Shown here: piece by piece, positions 58,652-64,000 of the stretch
Layout of the letters: every line of letters begins with the position of its first letter
Numbering within the stretch: the stretch's first letter is position 1
NCBI GenBank assembly: GCA_963603165.1
Contig: CAVCLY010000001.1
Location: 1,860-65,859, forward strand
Source: Faecalibacterium prausnitzii
GTDB lineage: Bacteria; Actinomycetota; Coriobacteriia; Coriobacteriales; Coriobacteriaceae
Reading direction: 5' to 3'
DNA length: 64,000 nt
The notes under the pieces: model-generated
Told to the model about the DNA's origin: nothing
Database searches by the model: none
Seen by the model: only the letters and a program-made list of their open reading frames with translations
Made by a program: the position numbers and the translations under genes

Positions 58652-59860
58652 CTACAAGCCTTGTCCGGAAACGACGCGGCGGATGCCCCGCACGTCGGAT
58701 ATCTCTTCAAGCACCCCAATGACTGCATACGACTGGTAGAACTCACCGCGATGGCGGTTCCCCATCGATCGCAGCACGCCGTATTCGCAGGCGCGTCCTA
58801 ACAGGGTACGAGCCGCGCGCTCGGTAAGGCCGAGCTTTTTGGAGAGGTATCCCGCCGTCACAACGGGCTGTTCCATCAAAACGGCCGGTAAGCGGTAAAT
58901 GCTCGACCCCTTGCGCTCCGTAAATTGCAGATCCCAGCCATTAATGAGCTCGTCCATTTTTGAAGAAACGAGGCCGCCGACCATAAGGGCGATCTCGAGC
59001 GCATCAACGAGCTGCTCTACCACCGCAACGGGATCGCCCTGCTGATAGGCCGTGATCGATGCCATGTAGGCATCGACGTCGTGCAGCAGCCCCGCAGAGA
59101 CCGGAAGCGTTACGTAGCTCAGGACACCGGTTTCGCGCAAAAGCATATGAAGTAGCACGCGACCCGTTCTGCCGTTGCCGTCGATAAAAGGATGAATGCT
59201 CTCGAATTGAGCGTGGACAATCGCTGCCTTAACAACGGGGGAGACGTCGTCTCGTGCTGCAAACGCAATGAGGTCATCGAGATAGGCCGGCACGCGCGAA
59301 TACTGGGGAGGTACGTACTCGGCGGCGTGCGGGCTGAATGCTCCTCCACCGATCCACACCTGCTCCTCACGGAGCGCGCCGCCAAAGCTTTGACCGTCGT
59401 GATTAACAAGAACAGCATGTATCTGTAGGATCGCATCGGTACTGAGGGGGCCCTCAAAAGCAAGCGCCGAGCGCATTGCCTCGAGATTGCCCGCGATGAG
59501 CTTAGCGTTATGAGGCACGTCGGAAGAGAGCTCGGCCAGCGCGACATTGCGCGCGCTCGAGGTCAGGTTCTCGATTTGCGAGCTTGCAGACGACTCGCTC
59601 CTAAGTAGCATGGCCGGGAGGTCGTAGCCGCGAGCTTGTTGCCCGGCATCGAATCGTGCAAGGCGAACGAGCAGATCGGATATCCGTGCAGAAAGACTCG
59701 AGGGAACCTCTACATGTCGCTCCGCAATAAAAAGCGGAAGGGCCGCTCGATAGGTCGAGCTGATCTTTCGGCGCTGGGTCTTGGAGATAAATGTGAGAGC
59801 ATCTGGGTCGATTTCCCAAGCAAGCTCTTCAAAACCGATTGCTGGCCACTGGCGATTCAT
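58652..59860 (-). CDS. Fic-family protein with C-terminal winged-helix-like segment
   Basis: Intact HPFIDGNGRTGR; N-terminal inhibitory motif SSQIEN; PVVTAGYLSKKLGLTERAARTLL; GAGGAG RBS. Confidence 0.93.
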   Translation of the reverse strand: MNRQWPAIGFEELAWEIDPDALTFISKTQRRKISSTYRAALPLFIAERHVEVPSSLSARISDLLVRLARFDAGQQARGYDLPAMLLRSESSASSQIENLTSSARNVALAELSSDVPHNAKLIAGNLEAMRSALAFEGPLSTDAILQIHAVLVNHDGQSFGGALREEQVWIGGGAFSPHAAEYVPPQYSRVPAYLDDLIAFAARDDVSPVVKAAIVHAQFESIHPFIDGNGRTGRVLLHMLLRETGVLSYVTLPVSAGLLHDVDAYMASITAYQQGDPVAVVEQLVDALEIALMVGGLVSSKMDELINGWDLQFTERKGSSIYRLPAVLMEQPVVTAGYLSKKLGLTERAARTLLGRACEYGVLRSMGNRHRGEFYQSYAVIGVLEEISDVRGIRRVVSGQGL

Positions 59861-59879
59861 CTCAGTCGCTCCTCTCGAT

Positions 59880-60035
59880 TTACTTCCCCTTTGCAGGATG
59901 TTGCGGAAGTGAAGTTTAACTCACTTCCGTTATTCGCTCATGAACGGAAGTGAAGCTCATTTCACTTCCGCAATTCGCTGTCTAACGGAAATGAGACACC
60001 GTTCACTTCCGTTAGAGTGTAATCAGAGGAAGTGA
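59880..60035. repeat. Array of palindromes with exact 41-bp period upstream of fic
   Basis: CGGAA(G/A)TGA-N8-TCACTTCCG at 59904, 59945, 59986; half-sites at 59880 and 60027. Confidence 0.9.
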
Positions 60036-60201
60036 AACGGGGCAGTTCTTTATTGGCGGCATGGAGTGAGCTGAGATTCGCGATGCTGTCCTTGGGAAGG
60101 AGTTCGTCCGGCTGTGTTTATTAGACTCGAGAAGCTAAGTTTTGATTGCGGCAAGGTCGCTTCAGTTATTGCCGGCCTCGGTCGTTGCTCACATTTATCT
60201 G

Positions 60202-60825
60202 CTAATCGACGAGCTTAAATTCGACCGCAAGATCTTCGTCGCAGGCTTTTCCCATCGATTGCACCCACTGCTTCAGAATTTTCTGAGCGTTTTCGGTTGC
60301 CTGGTTAATCATGGAAGTGTCGTTTTTGGCCTTCTTCTTAATGTCCTTGAGAGCTAAGCGATTCATTGTCTGCTCGTCCTCGGCGGAGAAGTCGGTCAGA
60401 AAGCCGGTCTCCGAAATGAGCCCGTACATCTTGGTTATCTTTGGTTCGCCGACGAGCGCCGCGTGCGGCATCTCGATAGTGACAGTGTTTCCATCTCTTA
60501 TGGGTTTGACTTTGCTTGCGTTGATTCCAAAACGGGCCTTTGCGTCATATTCGCGCCAGGCCTTTTTGTAGCCATGACGCCCGAGGCCGGTAATACCTTC
60601 GTCGGCATCGTACGAAAACTTCGAGACGTCGTGGTAACGTGCTTCGAGCGTGATGAGTTTCGCTACGTCGTTGATGCTGCTGAGATCCGTTTTCTTACGA
60701 GTCGATGCGACCTCTTTGGTGGTTTCGGTTTGGCTTTGTCCGGTGGTGAGGTATGTAAAGAGGACTACTGCCCCGACGATGAGGACTGCCGCAAAGACGA
60801 TGAGGGCGATTTTCTTCTTTTTCAT
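60202..60825 (-). CDS. DUF4230-like membrane-anchored protein
   Basis: N-terminal TM, KLITLEARY, AKARFGINASKV, VTIEMPHA, INQATENAQKILK. Confidence 0.75.
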   Translation of the reverse strand: MKKKKIALIVFAAVLIVGAVVLFTYLTTGQSQTETTKEVASTRKKTDLSSINDVAKLITLEARYHDVSKFSYDADEGITGLGRHGYKKAWREYDAKARFGINASKVKPIRDGNTVTIEMPHAALVGEPKITKMYGLISETGFLTDFSAEDEQTMNRLALKDIKKKAKNDTSMINQATENAQKILKQWVQSMGKACDEDLAVEFKLVD

Positions 60826-60835
60826 AGTTTTCCCC

Positions 60836-61774
60836 TTACCAAGAAAGCGTGTATTCGGACTCGGTGAGGATGGGGTTGAGCAGAGCCTCGATTGTTTTCT
60901 TCAAGTTCGCTTCTCCGCAGGTTGCGAGCGCGTTGTTGTCCGCAGCGTCGTTTTTAGCGTCTTTGCTGCAAATGCGCAGGGCCTCATCCGATGAAATATC
61001 AGGGTTATCTTCAAAATAGGTGATGGATCCTGTGGACGGAGTTTCAACGTTTAGCTGCTGCTCCGGCAGGATCGGCGTAATGGTTTTATTCTCATCATCG
61101 ACATCGAAGTCGATGGCGCTGGTATCGACATATGCGTTGACGGTGGTTTCGTAATAGATATGGCAGACCGCTTCTTGTTTGTCGTTGGTTTTAACCGCAA
61201 TGCCTGCGTAGGATGTGGAGGCGTCGGTGAGCTCTCCGATACTTACCGCCGTTTTGAGGGAAGTCTTATTTATTGAAGCGGGCTTCTTGTTTGCGTTTCG
61301 CTCGGCAGGCTGGCTTATGTAGGTGCTCAAAAGGTCAGAGACGGTCGAACCGATCTTTTTGGCGCTGTGGGTGATTAGCCCACCGAACGTTGTTTCGAAA
61401 AGAAGGACGGCAAGACAGGCGATTGCTACCGAAAGCCTGGGCATTCCGGAGACGAACTTAAAGGCGCTTGCGAAGACTCTGGCCAGGCCGGCGAAAGCCC
61501 CAGCGATATCTCTAGCTATTTTGCCTGTGGTCAGAGTCCCTTCTCCTTGTTTGACTCGCTTCGTTTCAGCCTCCATCTGAGCCACTTTCAAACGATGAGA
61601 AGCGTCTTTCAGGGCTTCTTTGACGTTCGTTTCCGAGGTGTTTTCGACGTTGGTATTCTGTCGTCGAATCGTTTCGATTTGAGCGGGAGTCAGCGGGTTG
61701 AGTTTGACCGATGAACCCGATTTGGGCTCGTTGAAAGCGTTGTCTTCCGTTGGCGCATCTTCGTTTTCTGTCAT
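60836..61774 (-). CDS. Membrane protein with C-terminal DUF4230-like domain
   Basis: Central TM, IGELTDASTSYAGI, TVNAYVD..IDFDVD..KTITPILP; start inferred at ATG 61774. Confidence 0.7.
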   Translation of the reverse strand: MTENEDAPTEDNAFNEPKSGSSVKLNPLTPAQIETIRRQNTNVENTSETNVKEALKDASHRLKVAQMEAETKRVKQGEGTLTTGKIARDIAGAFAGLARVFASAFKFVSGMPRLSVAIACLAVLLFETTFGGLITHSAKKIGSTVSDLLSTYISQPAERNANKKPASINKTSLKTAVSIGELTDASTSYAGIAVKTNDKQEAVCHIYYETTVNAYVDTSAIDFDVDDENKTITPILPEQQLNVETPSTGSITYFEDNPDISSDEALRICSKDAKNDAADNNALATCGEANLKKTIEALLNPILTESEYTLSW

Positions 61775-61925
61775 GTTGATCCTAATGATTAGCTGGGGGC
61801 AATTGCTTACAGATAAATATGTACTTGAAGGTGTGGCGTGTAGGCAATAGGCGACCGATTGGGGAAATGGTTTCGAGTTGAACGGCATTCCTTTTGGCAG
61901 AGATCGAACGCCTGCGCTCTGCCCG

Positions 61926-63869
61926 CTACCACACCACGGCGGAGACTTCGTAGGTGGCGTAGTCGGGGATGTTGACGATGTCGAGCTGGAAGGGGGCCGA
62001 GGCGCCCACGGCGGGGCGGGTGGCGTAGTCGGTGTCGCCGCCGATGATCTTGCCGTCGGCGTCGCGAAAGATCACGGTGATCGCGACGTCGCCGTCCTCA
62101 TCGCCGGTGGCGTCCGTCTCGGTCGTGACCTCGCCTGTAAAGACGGCCTCGTTCTTCTTACGCGATTCGCGCACGTTGTTCACGCTGAACGTGGCCGTTT
62201 TGCCTGCCGCAACGATATCGTCTGAGCTCGGTTGCTCGACTGTGATGTCGACGGTTGCCGGCGTGTCGCCGCCGTCGCCATTGCCAGCAATCGCTGAAGC
62301 CGAGAGCGACTCGCCCGGGGCGACGATGTTCAGCACTTCCTCGTCGGTAAAGACGATGTTGCCCTCGGCGTCGCGCCCGGTGATGTGCACGGTGGGGTAG
62401 CGCACATGCTTGTCGCTCGTGTTCTTGATGATGAACGCGCAGCTCACGTAGTTGATCGAGTCGAGCGACCAGCCGGACTCGACGACTTCGAGCGGATTTT
62501 GGGTCGCTTGCGTGCCGGTGGCTGCGTCTGCATCTGCCGAGCTCGAGTCTGTGCTGGATGCCGAAGAGCTCGCGCTGGTTGCGCTCGGAGCGGTCGTGCC
62601 TTTGCTGACGGCGGTTGAATCCGGCGAGCTCGCGGGCGTCGAGAAGGCGCCGGTTGCGTAGGCGATGCCGAGTGCCACTGCGGCGGCGGCGAGCAGGACG
62701 ATTGCGGCAATGATGACCGCGCGTCGGCGGTTTGCCTTGCGCGTGCGGTTTGCGTTTGGGGATGCCGACGGCTGGTCCGCAGTGGTCGGCAGGGTGCCAG
62801 AAGTCGCTGCGCTGTCGACGGCTGCTTCTTCGCCCGTGTCGGGTGCTTGGTCCGGGTCTGTTGCGGATTCCAATCGACATACGGGGTCGGGAGTGCTTGT
62901 GGGGCCGGTCAGATTCGTCTGGATTGCAGCCCCCGCACCTACGTTCGCGACAGAGCCCCGGTCGGTGCTCGTTGCCTTCGTGGTTGCTCCCCGGCTGTCT
63001 GTCGCATCGATGGCGTCGTTAGCATTGAGACGAGCCTCGCCACCTGCGCTGTTCTCAAAGTTCGCAGACGTAGAGGCCGGCGTTGAACCGCCAATATCAT
63101 CGCGCGGGTTCTCAGCTCCCGCCAGCGCAGCGGCCATCTCTCCTGCACTTTGGTACCTTGCACTCGGCTCGAACGCGCAGGCCCGCTCGACAACACGCCC
63201 GAGCGCAGCGGCCTCCCCTTGGCAGGCATTTGCAAGCGCGGCGTCAAAGTCGTCGTCGCCCGCACGTACGCCGGTGAGCAGGTAGCCGAGCACGCGGCCG
63301 ATGGAATAGACGTCGCTGCGGGCGTCGGTCTGCGCAAAGCCGTACTGCTCGGGCGAAGCATAGCCCCAGGTGCCGAGCGAGGTCGTGTCTTTGCTCGCGC
63401 CCTCAACGCGCATCCGCGCGATGCCGAGGTCGATCAGGTGCGCGCCGTCGGCCGAGAGGATGACGTTTGTGGGCGTGATATCGCGATGGATCACGCCGTG
63501 TGCGTGTAGCTCAGCGCAGGCCTCACAGATCCCGCGGGCAGCCTGCACGGCCTCGTTGGCGGCAAGGGCGCCGCGCCGCGCCACAAGGGACTCGAGCGTT
63601 TCGCCGGGAACAAAGTCGTATACCACTACAAATTGGTCGGGTAACTCATAGCTCGCCTCAACGTGGGGCAGGCGCGGCGATTCGCAGGCGCCGAGAGCCG
63701 CCCAGACGCGTCGGTTGGCCGGTTTCGCTTCCATCTTCTTGCGTACAAAGGGGCCGGCGCCGTCGATCGTTACCAGTTCGGTCACGCCGGTCTCGCCGCG
63801 TGCCAGCACGCGCTCAACGCGATACGTGTCGTCGATGCTCATGGCATGCATGAGCTGGTTGTCGTTCAA
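61926..63869 (-). CDS. Hanks-type Ser/Thr protein kinase, single TM, extracellular FxLYD-like beta domains
   Basis: VIHRDITPTNV, LIDLGIAR, GTWGYASPEQY, SDVYSIG; TTG start after GGAGGGAGG. Confidence 0.92.
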   Translation of the reverse strand: MNDNQLMHAMSIDDTYRVERVLARGETGVTELVTIDGAGPFVRKKMEAKPANRRVWAALGACESPRLPHVEASYELPDQFVVVYDFVPGETLESLVARRGALAANEAVQAARGICEACAELHAHGVIHRDITPTNVILSADGAHLIDLGIARMRVEGASKDTTSLGTWGYASPEQYGFAQTDARSDVYSIGRVLGYLLTGVRAGDDDFDAALANACQGEAAALGRVVERACAFEPSARYQSAGEMAAALAGAENPRDDIGGSTPASTSANFENSAGGEARLNANDAIDATDSRGATTKATSTDRGSVANVGAGAAIQTNLTGPTSTPDPVCRLESATDPDQAPDTGEEAAVDSAATSGTLPTTADQPSASPNANRTRKANRRRAVIIAAIVLLAAAAVALGIAYATGAFSTPASSPDSTAVSKGTTAPSATSASSSASSTDSSSADADAATGTQATQNPLEVVESGWSLDSINYVSCAFIIKNTSDKHVRYPTVHITGRDAEGNIVFTDEEVLNIVAPGESLSASAIAGNGDGGDTPATVDITVEQPSSDDIVAAGKTATFSVNNVRESRKKNEAVFTGEVTTETDATGDEDGDVAITVIFRDADGKIIGGDTDYATRPAVGASAPFQLDIVNIPDYATYEVSAVVW

Positions 63870-63927
63870 CGGTTCCTCCCTCCGCGCGGCTAACTGCTCA
63901 ACGATAGGCCAAGTGTCGGTTTAAGTA

Positions 63928-63946
63928 TTCAGTTGCCAACTGAATT
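63928..63946 (-). promoter_or_regulatory. 19-bp palindromic site, copy 2, upstream of the kinase gene
   Basis: TTCAGTTGCCAACTGAATT, reverse complement of 57413-57431. Confidence 0.7.
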
Positions 63947-64000
63947 ATGCACGTGGACGGGGGTGATTGCGCGTACGGCGTCGGGCATGACTGCGAAATG

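Noticed and set aside
59880..60035. CRISPR array
   Set aside because: 41-bp period, variable part inside the palindrome, short partly similar linkers, no cas genes; kept as a non-CRISPR finding
57400..64000. Prophage or integrative element
   Set aside because: No integrase, transposase, relaxase, phage structural gene or tRNA attachment site is visible in the window

Overview
High-GC chromosomal window, most consistent with a Coriobacteriia gut actinobacterium (Collinsella-like; inferred from gene content and style only). 1-22.6 kb is mostly housekeeping: pgm end, iscS, hsp20, MBL hydrolase, tilS-hpt-ftsH, aminotransferase, PHP phosphatase, rlmD, ABC systems, a degenerate EF-G paralog, larE and a HAD hydrolase. 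23-37.3 kb is an accessory rhamnoside/deoxysugar locus: LacI, rhaB, rhaD, MFS, a FucI/AraA-family isomerase in place of rhaA, then a beta-glucoside-type PTS EIIBC, GH78 rhamnosidase, OYE flavin reductase and BglG antiterminator. Four LacI operators and a RAT/terminator are visible there. Next come glmS, a sortase-anchored C-type-lectin-like surface protein, a degenerate Fis/AAA+ regulator, CapA, nitroreductase, MarR-ABC exporter, MFS, cysE, a Phd-ParE toxin-antitoxin pair and DedA. A more AT-rich accessory block (57.4-64 kb) holds a lipoprotein, a Fic protein preceded by a 41-bp-period palindrome array, two DUF4230-like genes and a Ser/Thr kinase, and is bracketed by an identical 19-bp palindrome. 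Several long-hairpin intergenic elements occur, including two 145-bp copies with compensatory changes. No rRNA, tRNA, CRISPR, integrase or transposase was recognised. All calls come from motif recognition by eye; no database searches were run.
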